A stretch of 64,000 nucleotides of DNA. Source: Yuukianura sp. NJ FZ-2021. Its lineage: Eukaryota. The position numbers and the translations under genes were made by a program. Of this stretch, positions 13,403 through 26,573 are shown piece by piece. Location of the stretch: NCBI GenBank assembly GCA_046563655.1, contig CM102286.1, positions 5,022,001 through 5,086,000 on the forward strand. Direction: 5' to 3'. The notes below the pieces were generated by a model. The model made no database searches. It saw only the letters and a list, made by a program, of their open reading frames with translations, and was not told the origin of the DNA. Position 1 is the first letter of the stretch. The number at the start of each line of letters is the position of its first letter.

Positions 13403-14506
13403 ATGGCGGATGGAGGGAATTCCGATGTAAGCGTCGTATACCTTCACGAAAATTCGCACTTGATGGATAAAACAGCATGTCTCATCAACTCAGAATGGCC
13501 GAGAAGCATGGGAGCCAGGTAATGGTCAATTATTTTACCTCAGCGGTGTAACGTTCAGTCGATCCAACGGTGTAACGTTGGATCGTCTGAAAATGGATGA
13601 CAATAGAACAACGAATCAGATTTCGGAATCCTGAAATGTCATAATCGCAACAGAAACATATCGCATGATACTGTTAACCGTTATGAATTTTAATTTCAGG
13701 CTCAGAAGCTTGGATACTAGTGTGCAATATGAAGGTTTTCCGGTATCTGTACTATTGGTCAGTTCAACCCGTGGGACGGAGAAGGTCATAGGTCACAGCA
13801 AGGCTATGCTTATTCACAACATGGAGCAGAATCGAAGTTGCTTTGTCGATACGGGTGAATAAATTCTGTCTTTATTTCTTAAACTACCTAAATTCTTCTA
13901 AAATTAACCTTCTTTTACAATTAGAAATTATCTTTCCTAATAGTTGTGGTTGCGAAAACACTCCGGGGAAAGGGTTATGGGAGATTAATAATGCAAGGAA
14001 CGGAAGAATACGCTAGGCTGTAAGTGAACATTTTTTAAAAATGTATTATGTACCTGACTAAATTCTTGTTTTTAATTTTTTCTAAGGCACGGTGTCGAAT
14101 GCGTTTACCTCACTACCCAAAACGAAGAAAAGTTTTACGAGAAGCTGGGTTATCAACGCTGCCCACCAATTATGTTCTGCGGTAGCTCGTCTTCAGCAAT
14201 CCAGGCGGTATAAATACAAAAAGCAGGAGATATATATTTTTGTTGAGCGCATCTCAAATTGGATTCATTTCCCCCATTTTGTGATAGAAATTCGAACGTT
14301 TGGAATTAAATGCGAAAACGATGGATGTGCTGGAAGACCATGGAGCAGAAAAACTAACGTCCAAATGCAACACTGCCGCTCCTACAAATGTTGAACAACC
14401 AGTTACAAAAGCACCGCCACCTCCTCCACCGCCATCTACATCGTCAACAATATCTCACATCGAACGATTGCCTGACAAAGTATACATGAAGAAATTGTTA
14501 GCTTGA
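13403..14506 (+). CDS. NAA80: N-alpha-acetyltransferase 80 (actin N-terminal acetyltransferase, NAT6), GNAT fold
   Basis: Exons 13403-13518, 13700-13854, 13944-14019, 14087-14207, 14288-14506. Motifs: LINSEWPRSMGARLRSL, VIGHSK, acetyl-CoA motif VVVAKTLRGKGYGRLIM, YLTT..EEKFYEKLGY, polyproline loop, C-terminal YMKKLL. Confidence 0.9.
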
Positions 14507-16496
14507 GTTCAGAACATTGTTCTTGGCTTTATGGAAAATCATGGAATGTAATTAAAGTAAGCATATATTTACAACTACTGATACAATTTTCAGGATTAGT
14601 TAATTATAGCATAAATTATTTTTTGATTCCTTCAGGTCGTATTTACTAGGATTCTGTTGGGACTACTGGAAGCCTTATTAACGCGAAGGTGATATTGATT
14701 GAACAGGAGCAGTGAAACCTCTGCGAACCAAAAGGAGGGTTCGGGAAGCGCAAGCGGTAAAATACCAAAAAGCATAACCTTCAGTTTACATCTCAGCAAC
14801 AGAAAGTGAGGCTTAAAGATTCAAAGCGACGAAAGTAGGCAAAAGGCAAAGGGAGATGGGAAATAGGAATCGAAATTCTATGGAGGGTAATCCGTTTCAC
14901 CTTCACGGGATACAACTAAAATTCGGAACCGCTTTCCTCGAACCGAACATCCGGTAAACTCTAAACTGAAATGTCCGCTGGCGCTGGACACAAGCGACAA
15001 GCGCCGTTTACTATTGAAGAGCATCATTCTTGTGAGCGATTGGCTAGCAGTATTCCCCGCTAGTCAACTATTTTCTGACATGTAGAGCTGGACTGTGTCA
15101 CTTTTTTTAAAACACGACAGGAAAAAAATTTGGTTTCGTGACTTTTTCGTGATGTTCATGTAAAGTTAGCATTATTGATAAGACAAAATGTTGGAGTTGA
15201 TTCCCCTCCATAGAATTTATTTCAAGAGGAAAGAGCTTTGTGTTGCCAACTGCTTTGTGAGCCAGGCCAGCCACCCTACCGATTTCCTCTATTATGTGTC
15301 ACAGCCAGACTTCGTTTCGAGTTTCTCTGCAAGCTTCCCCTAGCTTGCGTTGGGTTTACTTATGCCGTGCGTTCTTCTGAACAGAAACCCAATAGTCAGG
15401 CAGAGGTGGCTGTGGCTATTCTGAGGAAAAGTAGGGTCTATGCCTGTATCATGGGAAATGGGAATGGGAGGGTACGGTTGGAGTTGGAAAGGAAGACAAG
15501 GTTTTTTTCTGCGTTTTTCAACTGCTGTTGCTTTTTCGCTGAACTCATTGGAAAATTGAGTTTACTTGGTTGAAGTAGGCTGTACGCTGTATAAAGTTCA
15601 CAACTTCGATCCGGTCGCAGCGCAACTTTTAAAAGTCGATGTCAAACAAATAGAAGAACTATGAAAACTAATGCTATTTAATCACGTTAGTAATAGACTA
15701 ACCCAGGTTTAACGTTGTGTTGGGAATTGGCTTTATACAGACGTAGATACTATTGAAGCTTTGCTTACTAACATCGCAAAATCCAACCCATGCTGGGGTG
15801 CATAATTTTTCAAAATGTAGCTTAACCTGATGTTGTGATTCTGATGACCTGATCTACTAAAATACCCATTATTGCGAGTACTGTACTTGTTAGGTCGATT
15901 GAGTGTTTGTATGATCTGTGAACAAATTGTTATCAGTGATTAGTTTGATCGCTTGTTGAACTTTTGGTTGTTCTAATCTAATCCCACGTTACGTTTGAGT
16001 CATGTGATTTCATTCAAGGATTTGAGTTTATTTATAATGTTTTGGAGAATGCAAATTAATCAAAACTGTAATTGCCATGAGCGAGATTTGCTTTTTACAT
16101 TTTGTTATTGTTTTTCAGGAATCATTGTTGCGGTTGACTGGATCTGGTGGAAACATGTAACAGCCGTAAGGTTACTTCAACCTATTACGGTATAATTCCC
16201 TGGCCTGTCTCTGTCTCAACCCACGAAAAGGGAGAGTCAGCCAACCAACGTATTGAGGCTCCTCTCCTGTCAAAGTCTCCTCTTCAACTGCAAGATACAG
16301 CGAGAGCTGTGGCTGAGTTTCCTCCATATCCATTCTGTGCTCATCATCGGATTCCTAGGAAAGGAAATCAGGCACTCCAATCCAATCCAAAATAACTTAT
16401 TGTAAATTATTAAACGGAGACAAAGGAGTACACAAGGGAGAGCTCAACGCAACATCACTTCTTCGGACTCAACTCTGCTACTACGGACGCCCAAGG

Positions 16497-18278
16497 ATGA
16501 CAGACTTTCAGATAACAACGTCCGCGTTTCTAAACAAGGGCGGTGTGCACCAATTTACGTGAGTCATCATCTCTCACAGTCTCCGCTTTCCCTATCCTTA
16601 TCCATGTCATTTAAATTCAATAATTGAGATTTCAACACCTCGTGGTTGGTTGAGTTTATTTGTGTCTTTTTTTTCTGTTTAGACATATTCTAAGTCTGTA
16701 CCCGACAGCACTCAAGTTGAAATCAGAGACAAAATCAAAACCGCAGGAATTGATTAAACTCGACGAATGGTAAGTTTTATAATATTTTAAAATATGTTTT
16801 AAGTTATAACACTTGTATTCTAGTAGTTCATGACAAAAAAATTCTGGATGAATGCAATCGAGTACTTTGTCAATGAGATGTATAGGAAGCCATTTAAAAA
16901 TAATTATTTTACTCGTTTCCAAATTAAATACAAGTATTTTATCGTATAGCATGTTAGTGAGGCGAATTAACGGAGTTTTCTTGTTTTCCTTTCTGCTTAG
17001 TTTTTTTTTTCGCAGAATCGATTTTTTTTACACTTTCTGAATTTCTTGCGATTATATTGGTTTTACTTGTTTAATTGCGAATCGTATGTTTCAAGGTACC
17101 AGACGGCGCTTCCGAAGGCTTTGAAATCACGGAATCCTTCTCATTTGACACACGAGGAGTTGATCAACTTGATAAAATGGAAGCAGTGTCGTGGAAAGTT
17201 CCGTCCGAAACTCAAGGAGTTGGTAACGATGAACAGTCCGCGAGTTGTGGTGGCTGAATCCAAGAAGGCATTTAGAGCACTGGAAAAGAAAGGGGATTTG
17301 AGCGTTGCTGTGGCGTATCTCTGCAACTTGAAGGTATTTTTACCGCAAACTTAAAATAATGATTTACATCGCCTAATCGATTTTTTGTGGATCTGCAGGG
17401 CATTGGACCTTCAACTGCATCAGCTATTCTCACCGCTTATAAACCCGAAACTGCTGGTAAGTTTCTAGTAAAAGTTTGACTAGCTTTAAAATTGCAAATT
17501 GAACTAAAAGGTATTCACTTTTTAGCCTTCATGGCGGACGAATGTCTCGCTGCTGTACCAGAAATTGAGGGTATTGATTGTAGCACCAGAGAATATTTGG
17601 ATCTAATGCGGCATCTTAGAGAGGTATTGCATCCCATCTTGACTTTGAATTTACAGAATACGTTTCAAGTACTGTACTAATTAATCATTTTTGAAGGCTT
17701 GCGAACGTTTAACGACTCCTACACAACGGTGGACACCACACCAGGTTGAAATAACGCTATGGACTCACTACACGCTGCTAATGCTGAAGCCAGAGTTGCT
17801 GCAACACGACGGTCCGCGTGATTTTGTGGTGGCACCCGCTGACACCGAAGATTCTAATTCCAACTCCTTGGGATCTCGTGGATTTACCGACGAAGACACA
17901 AACGGTAGCGCAGGTCAGTTTTGCGCATTTCGCATTGGTCTAAAATGTTATATAACTTTGGATTGTTTTTTAAATATTTGAATTTTCTTTTTCACTACAG
18001 TTACAAATGGAGAGAAGGCGGCTGGTATTCTTTCAGCACAAGAAATGGACGACAACTCTTCGTTTGCAATTGTTGACGAAGCGAATTCAAATTCTTCACA
18101 GTATTCAAAAAACCTCGAGTCCAACTCCGATTCACCAGTTTATAACAGTCAACTCGAAGCTCATGCAGCAGTGGTTGACTTTGATGGAAATGCAAGCGAT
18201 TTGACCTCAAAGTTTTGTTCCGCAGAACATGACCTTGATGCCTACGAGCCTGACGCTAAGCGGGTGAAGGTAGATTGA
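16497..18278 (+). CDS. Amun: Amun-like nuclear protein (HhH DNA-glycosylase-like fold)
   Basis: Exons 16497-16558, 16683-16769, 17096-17333, 17399-17456, 17526-17623, 17697-17913, 18001-18278. Motifs: KPQELIKLDEWYQ, LIKWKQCRGKFRP, HhH-like LCNLKGIGPSTASAIL, FMADECLAAVPEIEGID, WTPHQVEITLW. Acidic tail ending in a basic NLS-like KRVK. Confidence 0.85.
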
Positions 18279-18853
18279 AGAAACTGTTTGTCAATTGTCT
18301 TCGTGTCACCAAACATACCGAAGTACTCCAGCGATTTGTAATTTTATCCACTGGGTTTCGGGTAGAATTTCTTTTCCGCATTTACTTTTTAATATTATTT
18401 TATGCTAATTCTAAATATCAAGCTCTTTGTAAACGGTCGAATTACTAAGGAATTTAACTAAGTGTAGACATCACACCTTTTTAGTAGAATTTAACATGTC
18501 GTTTAAAGATAATGTAAAGACGTATTATAGAATGTGTCTTTGTTCAGACATTTTTGAATCTAAAATAAATATAACCTTTAACTACCGCGTCGTTTTTACT
18601 TCTTAAGAAGCATTGCAATTTGCAATGTATAGTAGAAAAGTTTTAAAATCCGAGGTCTAAGTTTGAAAAATAGTTACGTTGAAAAACATGAAGAGCTTTA
18701 TGCCAACTCTGTCTAGTTTCCATTCCAGTGACTGTTCGTTCTACTTTCTAAAAAAACTAAAACGAAGCTGAAGCTGTTCATTTAGTTGACCTTTGACCGC
18801 TTTTGGTTCAAATTTTTGAGGTCAATGTATGGTGAGGAGATTAGTAGTAGGTA

Positions 18854-18967
18854 GTGGGGTCATTTGCTAACAAGAAAAACTTTTCCCGCGACCCTTTTTT
18901 TCTCCTTTAACTCGATGAGAAAAAAGGGTCCATTTGAAAACTTTTTCTTGTTAGCAAATGACCCCAC
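18854..18967. mobile_element. 114-bp palindromic MITE
   Basis: Terminal inverted repeats gtggggtcatttgctaacaagaaaaa / tttttcttgttagcaaatgaccccac, with inner arms gacccttttt..tctc / gagaaaaaagggtc. Flanked by (a/g)gtaggta on both sides (probable target-site duplication). Confidence 0.75.
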
Positions 18968-19605
18968 GGTAGGTAAAGTATTTGCAGCATTTGCGCGTTG
19001 CGCCGAACAAAAAGGAAGTGTTTCGATTTACCCTCCAATTTCAAACTCAGAAACTAGAATTGTGTCCTCCCTCCTCTGCTTATTACATTATCTGCTCATG
19101 TCTCAGTATTAGTGGTCACTCTTTATCGTCTCTGCCTTACTAAAATTTTACAACTTGTTTGTGAAAAGAGTTTAAGCTTAGTTTTTATAATAGTTAATTG
19201 ATTAGTTAATTCGAAAGTCTTAATTTGATTTACCGATTTTGTACGTTCGACCTACATCAGTTACACACACAACAGTGGTCGCCGATTATCTTTATGTTAT
19301 CGTGCGAAAAGTAAGTTTTATTTTAAAAGTATTACAATTGGATTCAGTATTCGATAATCGATAGGCACTTGTATTTTAATTTTTTGGTGCGTATGAATAT
19401 TTTCTATTCTAATTTTCAGATGATGATGGCTTGATATCAATTGGCAAAGGGGATCCAGCAAACCGAGTGACTTTTGTTTGAAGTTGGGATTAAAGCAGTT
19501 TCGGTAAGATGCGACTTTTAAACGTTTGTGTTTGTGAAGTCTATCGTAAATTTAGTTTTAACCTGTTTCCAGTTTGCCTCGAAGCACAACGTCAAAAACA
19601 AGAAA

Positions 19606-22527
19606 ATGTCAACCTCTCACATTTCTGCCGAACACGTATCCATCGAGTCTTCCTCAAGGGAGGGGTTCGAGAGTGCAAGTTTAAATTGTCTAAATGGTGC
19701 TCTCAATTGCCAAGATGCTAAGGAAACTGTTACGCGAGGTCGTGTCGATACCGGGCCAATTATTGACAAATTTGATGGTTTGAGACTTAACGCTGGTGTC
19801 CAGCCAGCTCCCGTCCCAGCAGCGGAGTATGTCGACATAACTACGGAATTTTTGAACTCGACGAAAGGTAACTCATTACATCTTGCTTTAGTTTCTAAAA
19901 TGGTAAAAATTATCTCGTTTGACTTTAGAATTGCAACTCGGTGAACTTTTACATGACAAGTATTTTGGGTTGTTCGAGGCCATGTCTGCCATTGAAATGA
20001 TGGATCCGAAAATGGACGCTGGAATGGTTTGCAATAAAGGGAAACGTGCTATACTAAACTTCGAGCAGTCCGTTCAGGTTAGAACTACCCAAAACACATT
20101 TACCAAATACCAATTAATACTAGTTGTAATTAATGTCTTTATTGTTTAGGCGAATCGTCTGAAGTTGAACAATTTTTCACCTTGCGAACTTGTTGGTGTC
20201 ATAGACTGCTCCTTTTCTTGTTTAGTGACTTGGCTTGAAGGTCACTCGCTGGCTCAAACAGTTTTCACAAATCTCTTTCTCCATGATGTAACCAAAGTCC
20301 AGGACAAAAACTTAAACGCGTTCTGCACAGCTCTACTAAAACTCGTCGACGTTGTTGAGGAGTGCATCAGCAAGTTAGTGAATTTATAATGCTACAAATT
20401 CTTATATTTCAGTTTTTGTAAACTATTTTGGGTTAACAACCTAGTTTATACTTATTCATTAATAGGGCTGCAATTTTTGAAGAAGAAGATTTCCAGCCTT
20501 CGGCGTATGGATACAATTTAGCCACTGATGTATCGGATGTGAAGGCTACAAATATGCTCAGGGATTGCGAGGACGAGCTTCAAGTGAAAATTAATAAACT
20601 GCTTAGTCAAAAAAAGAAGTCAGAAGAATCTCAACTTGGACAAGAGGTAGAACAACTATGTGCAGTTCAAGCAAGATTGAAATTCACTCGGTTCCTGTAC
20701 TTGCTACTAATTCACTTGTGGAAACGCGACAATTTGGCGGAGTGTCCGAAACTGCTCAGTTTGTGTTCTGAATCCTTAGCATTGTCTGGCAAGTCCAAAC
20801 ATTTTGGAATCAAGAGGTCCGACGACGATGACGGTGAGTTTCCTAACAGAACGTTTGTTTTTGCAAAAAATGAGCAGCGGCTGAATTACTGGACAAATTC
20901 TATCCTCATATATGTTTAGCTCCCTTCATGCTCGGGTTTGAGCTTCTAGTCAATCAGCGTCTTCTCCCGCCAACATTTCCTCGTTCTACTCGTATAAAAC
21001 CATTGGAGGATACTTATATTTTCCTGGAAGGCCTTCTCAATCGAATAAGGACTGTGATGAAAGTTCCTGTGGTCCATGACTTTCACACGATTATCAACTT
21101 CTTCAATGCATTTAGTGAAAATGGACCATGTGTACTCTCTCGGTCACTTCTTCAGCTCCTGTATGCGCCTATGCGTTTCAAGAAGCCTGGAATAGAAGAC
21201 TTGATGAACTCACTAAAAGATGCTGTCAAAGGTTTCATTGCTCCACCAGTTCTGATGAGTAAGATTCCGCAACAGCAAAATAAGGAGGTTCGAACAAAAT
21301 CATACTTGGGTTGGAACTTGTGAGAACGTGTTGTTTATTTTAATGTTATGTTTTCGTTTTTCAGGTTGGACAATGTATTCAGATGTTTTTTGATCGATGT
21401 GCGCCTTCCTTTGCCTCATTACTTGTAATGTCCGGTCACAACCGGGCTAGACAAAGAGACAAATTGGCGCATGTTCTTGAAGATTTTGCTACGTTACAAG
21501 CAGAGGTATGACTTTCAACCCTTAAAAAGTGATCTTATCCGCGCTATGATGTCATGATGCTTGATGCTGCACGTTGAAACTTCTTAATGTGATTGTGTTG
21601 TACTATTTAGACGGAGCGCATGGACGCTTACATTCACAATTTGTGTGCTACCATCGAAGGTGTTCGACCCCATCTAAACTGTTTTGGAAATTGGATACTT
21701 TACCACATTTCCAAACTTATGATTCGATACGTTCTTACTGGATTTGAACTGGAATTGTATTCAGTACACGAATATGCCTACATTTACTGGTACTTGTACG
21801 AGTACCCTTACGGGTGGTTACTATCGTCCTTGTCCAGAGCAGATACATATGTCGCTGAAGGTGATGCGGTGACTAACAACAATAAATCAAAAAAAGGAGT
21901 CAAGAACAAAAATAAAAGCAACCGAAGGAGACTATATACTCGGGAAATTTGTTCAACTCAGGCAGAACAGCATTTAGCTGAAGGATACTTTAAGGTAAAC
22001 TAAACAGACTTCACTTCACATGATGATCAATTTTAGGACAAAAATTAATTATTTTTTTTCATTTTTAGACCATGATTGCGCTTACTGCGGATAAAAAGAT
22101 TCCTTACCCGAACGCAGAGTTTGACAATGAAAGTGTTCGGTACAAGCACCGTTTCGCGGCTTTTAGTACAATCGGATCCCCTACGCCTGTTCACTACGTC
22201 CACTACAGAAATGTTGCCAATAGTGGTCTTAGCCAGTCACCAGAAGCATTATACGCTGTCTCCGCTAGACACTTCAATCAAGCAAAGTCCTTCCTGGAAG
22301 CAATTCCAGATCCAGAGAAGGAGGTGAGCCAAAAAAAAAGTAAGTTATTCCCTTTCCGTTCCAATAATTTTGTTTTTGTTTTTCAGATAACTGATCTACT
22401 GAAAATAGCGAAAACCAATTTAATCGTTGTGAAACTTTTAGCAAGTGGACATACTCGCAATTCTACTGTTCCTCCTGACTTTGACTTCTCTTCCCACATG
22501 CACTTCCCTATAATTAAAGTCAGATAA
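19606..22527 (+). CDS. NAA35: N-alpha-acetyltransferase 35, NatC auxiliary subunit (MAK10)
   Basis: Exons 19606-19867, 19929-20077, 20150-20373, 20466-20833, 20920-21287, 21365-21505, 21611-21994, 22069-22323, 22387-22527. Motifs: [101 protein letters not shown]. Confidence 0.96.
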
Positions 22528-22945
22528 GCTTTAGTCGCAACCAAGTGATTTTTCGTTCCGTTACTGTCATGTCATGAACTTAGCTAATATAATGTTTTGT
22601 TTGGCTGTGTGATAATGTTCAAACCGACTTCGATGACATCTGACATCGTAATTGAGTAAAAAATCTTTGAACCCGGCTGTACTTTCTCGGTAAAAGTAAC
22701 GGTATGTCGGTGAAACCAATTTCAACAAAAAAAACATTCATACAGAAGACTCTCTCAAATTGCAACAGTTTTTCTCCGTAAAATCGAAGCTTTTGAAGCG
22801 AGCCCAACTTTAACCAAATCAACTGTCGACGTTTTTTATGTGTACCGTTGATGCGGAGTTATCAGAGAGTTTACGATAAGCCCGTCTAAACCGACCAATC
22901 ACAGCGTGTTGCCATTAGAGAGACTTCTGTAGAAGGAAATCTGCT

Positions 22946-25507
22946 TTAGTTATTTATTTCGCTACTTAGGTAATCAATAAGAGCCTGCGGCGTTCCCCTC
23001 AGGGCCATTAACGTTTCAGAGGACAAGTTGACTACTGTGAATCCCAGCAGATTCAGATGTCTTATGCGCATGACTTGAGGACCAAGAAGATTCTTCCCAT
23101 CTGATGCAAAGTGTTCAGGAATATTGATAAGAATTGCGGTATAATCAGAGCTCTGGTGAATAGGGAAGAAACGGTCGGCATTTAGATGTCTCAAGTTGTA
23201 ACGATTCCGCAACGCAACTTGAGGGTGGAGCTCATTGCTTCGTTCTGTCGTCAGTGCCGGTGTGCCTTGCGGATTGACATCATAGGACTCCAGGGACTCG
23301 AAAATTACAGAACCAGTCTTCGGACTTATGAGAATGTCCACAATGTAGAGAGGATGGAGTGGCAGATTTGGAAGAATTACGGAACTTTCAATTTTGTATG
23401 AAGCAGGACTGAAGATTTTTGTAAGTGAATCCTGGAGTAAAGTTCTCATCCGAGTGATTCGGCCGTCGACGAAAATACTTTTTGCGGTAAAATCACGTGG
23501 AAGGTAGGGTCCTTGGTACTTGGGTCCACATTCCAGCGTGAGTGCTGCATCAAGTAGTTTTAAGTTGCTGCGTGCTTGTTGTAAAACGCTGAAAATGAAT
23601 AACATCGTTACATTCCCAAGCACTTAAATTTCTTACGACAGTAATCGTTGCTTACGTTATGTCCGTCTCGCTTGTGTGAAGTCGGTCTAGGAAGTAAGTA
23701 GAAAAGATTCGATTGACGAAGTTGAGCGGATATTTTTGCAAGTAAATAAAAGACAGAAGAGAGTCGACGAGGTCCTTTGGCGGAAGATCAAAAAACTTTT
23801 CTGACAGCAGTCTTTCCACAACTTCCCAAAACTTGTGACCTTGAGCTGGTTGATGGTCAAGGTATCCAAAGGGAGTCAAAAGAGAGGATAATTGTGTTGG
23901 CGATATACTCTGTCCAGAAGTGGTACTATGATGAGAAACGAGGTACTCAGCAACAGCATCCAAAACGATTCTGGATCGTATTCTGTTCTTCTTTACGTAG
24001 TCCATCACGACTGATAAAGTTGCTGGGTTAGATAGCTTCAAACACCTTGCCTTCATGTACTTGGTCAAAGTCTGTACACAAAACATATTAAAATGATATT
24101 TTCAAGAACTGTTGATAATTCATTTTACCTTTTCAAAAATATGGTCATAGTAGTCAAGTGCATAAAATGCTTTGGTAACTTTCACGAGCTGCTCCTCCGT
24201 TAATTCATGAAGATTAACATGAACAATTTTCGAAATTGATGACAGAAGTCTAGCTGAAACGACACCCCAGTAAGGTCTGGATTCATCGCTGCGTGTCTCC
24301 TTCATCAGCAAATGGTCACAAATTTGTGCAACAGCATCCGTCTTGATCTTCCAATAGAGACTGAGGAGTTTTCGCTCAGCAATACGCATGACGAGGCGTT
24401 GACTTTGCTTGAAATATTGGATCGTCTGGAAGATTTCGGCAATGTTATTTTCGTTAATACGGTTACTCTTCTCGGAAAAACCAGCCCACATCTTGTCAAT
24501 CAATTCTGGCTCGACTTCTCCAGGAAACAAGATTGAGATTTTTCCAATTGTACAGACGGCTCGACAGAGTTGTTCTAATGATAGACGTCCTTTTGTTGCC
24601 CTGATAAGAATTTGTTCACAAAGTTTGGTTCTGTACCGGGAAAACTCGAACATGTCGGAGAGTAGAATTGGGTTACGATTTTCTATATATTCATCATCAG
24701 AATCTTCAGAAAGTCGAATGACATTCGTCGCAATCCCTTTCCTATCTGATCTCAGCATGTCCAATGCATCCAGTAGGACAGAAGCGTCGTCTCCCAAAAT
24801 TATAACGTCGACGAGTCTATCAACTATAGCTTTTCTGGCAAAAGTGTCGGGAGAAGAGCTCTCCGTGGCGATTACCCACGATTTTCCGTCGTTTCTAAAC
24901 ACAAAGTTGTTCTCCACCTCGAATAATTTCCGAATAATGCTCAATGCAACTACTGGAGTGACTTCCTGTGAAGGAATTGTGTGGAGCATGGACAATACTT
25001 CCTTAGGCGAATGAAAATTTTTGAAGCCTTCAACAAACGCTGCTTCTTCTTCTGCCTTGAGCTGCACAAAAGGTTTGTGGCGACTAGCTAAAGTTGGAAC
25101 AAATTAAATGTGCATAAAATCATATATGGATCTTAATTTCCTGAAGTTTTGTTACCGTCATTATTCCGTTTGTTTTCCAACGACTCCCGAATAACGGCTA
25201 CTGGAACTTCTTCTATATCTGTTCCTTCCTGTAGAAGTAATGTAGACTCGCAGAGTTGTTTTTCCTTGTTTTGAATATCTTCGGGATCACCGCGATCGGC
25301 AGTAGTATACCCCGAGCTCGAATGGCGCACTGTCATACCAGGCTGATCCCATATCAGTGGTGGCATTTGTTGTACTGTATGGTACCTTGAAACGTTGACG
25401 CTCAGAAGGGATTTGGACAGGGACCGCGTAAATTCCTGAGACATCAATCGAATAGCATTGTAAGCTACCCTATTTGAACGACCATACCAAAGCAATGTAT
25501 GGAGCAT
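22946..25507 (-). CDS. FAST kinase domain-containing (FASTK family) mitochondrial RNA-binding protein with C-terminal RAP domain
   Basis: Exons 25156-25507, 24129-25087, 23656-24071, 22946-23588 (possibly interrupted by a 66-nt in-frame intron, 23153-23218). Arg/Ser-rich transit-peptide-like N-terminus. FAST-like LLSFIYLQKYPLNFVNRIFS..FL and LKLLDAALTLEC..YQGPYLP. RAP-like YIVDILI...PEHF...LLGPQVMRIRHLNLLGF. Confidence 0.82.
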
Positions 25508-26105
25508 TTTTTTGTTCACGGCGACAACCGACAGCACCCCTACGACTACGACTTCCTGCTGCTCAACTTCTGCCGTGGACCCAATACAATTGTCGCTGTA
25601 TGTGCAGTGATTACTGCTTCAGTTGAACCCTATTCAAGTAAAAAGAATACCAGTTATTCAGTTTCTCCAGTACAACAATAAAATGGTGGAATGCCTGGTG
25701 TTTTATTATGTATTTTATGAAATGAACTTACCAGCATTTACAGATGTACATCTCCATTTTGCACTTATTACATTGGCGTCCAAATCTTACGCATCGCCAA
25801 TCGTTTCAGTTGGCAGTTTAGCAATCTTGACGTTTACAAAGAAAAACTACTGTAGAAAACTAATCAGCGAGTAAATTCACAACTTTCCTGTTTTTGGTTT
25901 TTGAGAAACAGAAATCAAACATCAAAACACACAAAATTAAAAAATAAAAAAACTAATTTCCTCGTGAAAAAAATTCGCGGGGCTCCAACTTGCGAATGTA
26001 TCAACGTTCGATTTAACAAACAATTGTTGAAGCAATAAGCGTTGATTTGTTTGTAATCCAAATCAGTAAAGCATCTTTCAAATCAATAAGTTCAATGGCT
26101 GCTTA

Positions 26106-26194
26106 GCTTACTAAAATGTAGTAACCATGTTAAGATTAATCTTAACATGGTTAGAACTTACATTTTAGTAAGCCGTATTCCTAATGGAATACGG
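26106..26194. repeat. Long near-perfect palindrome followed by a second hairpin
   Basis: gcttactaaaatgta-g-taaccatgttaagat|taatcttaacatggtta-gaact-tacattttagtaagc (26106-26173), then ccgtattcc-taat-ggaatacgg (26173-26194). Confidence 0.85.
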
Positions 26195-26524
26195 TATTCT
26201 ATGCTAAAGAATTCATTTCAAAAAAGAAAAAAGGATTTTTTTTGAATGTTTTGAAATAATTAGTGTAATCTAAATCAAATACTAGGTTAGACAAAGTCGG
26301 ATACGGAAATTTGATGGAATTTTTTTTATATGAAATACTGGGTTGCTGTTGCTTCCCGTTGACCATGGAAATTGTCTTTTACATTTGGATAATCTGGTTT
26401 TCTCATTAAAAAAAAACAAGATCGCGATTTAATTAGCATGCAATGACGATTGCATTAGTTAAGTTTAAGCGTTCCGTTAGTACACTTTACGGAAAAGACT
26501 TGTGAGCAGTATACGTGCGCTTCT

Positions 26525-26530
26525 TCAGTT
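26525..26530 (+). promoter_or_regulatory. Candidate arthropod initiator (Inr, TCAGTT) for the P450 gene
   Basis: TCAGTT lies about 45 nt upstream of the split start codon. Confidence 0.45.
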
Positions 26531-26573
26531 CTAAACACAATTTTTGGTTTTGTTTAATTCTCATCCACCAATA

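Noticed and set aside
24409..25014. 201-aa plus-strand ORF (and similar ORFs at 630-830, 10583-10870, 44544-44828)
   Set aside because: These are antisense shadows of real coding exons, with no motifs of their own.
25133..25155. Non-canonical GA splice donor at 25140 in the FASTK-family gene
   Set aside because: A canonical GT donor at 25155 gives the right phase and a typical 68-nt intron.
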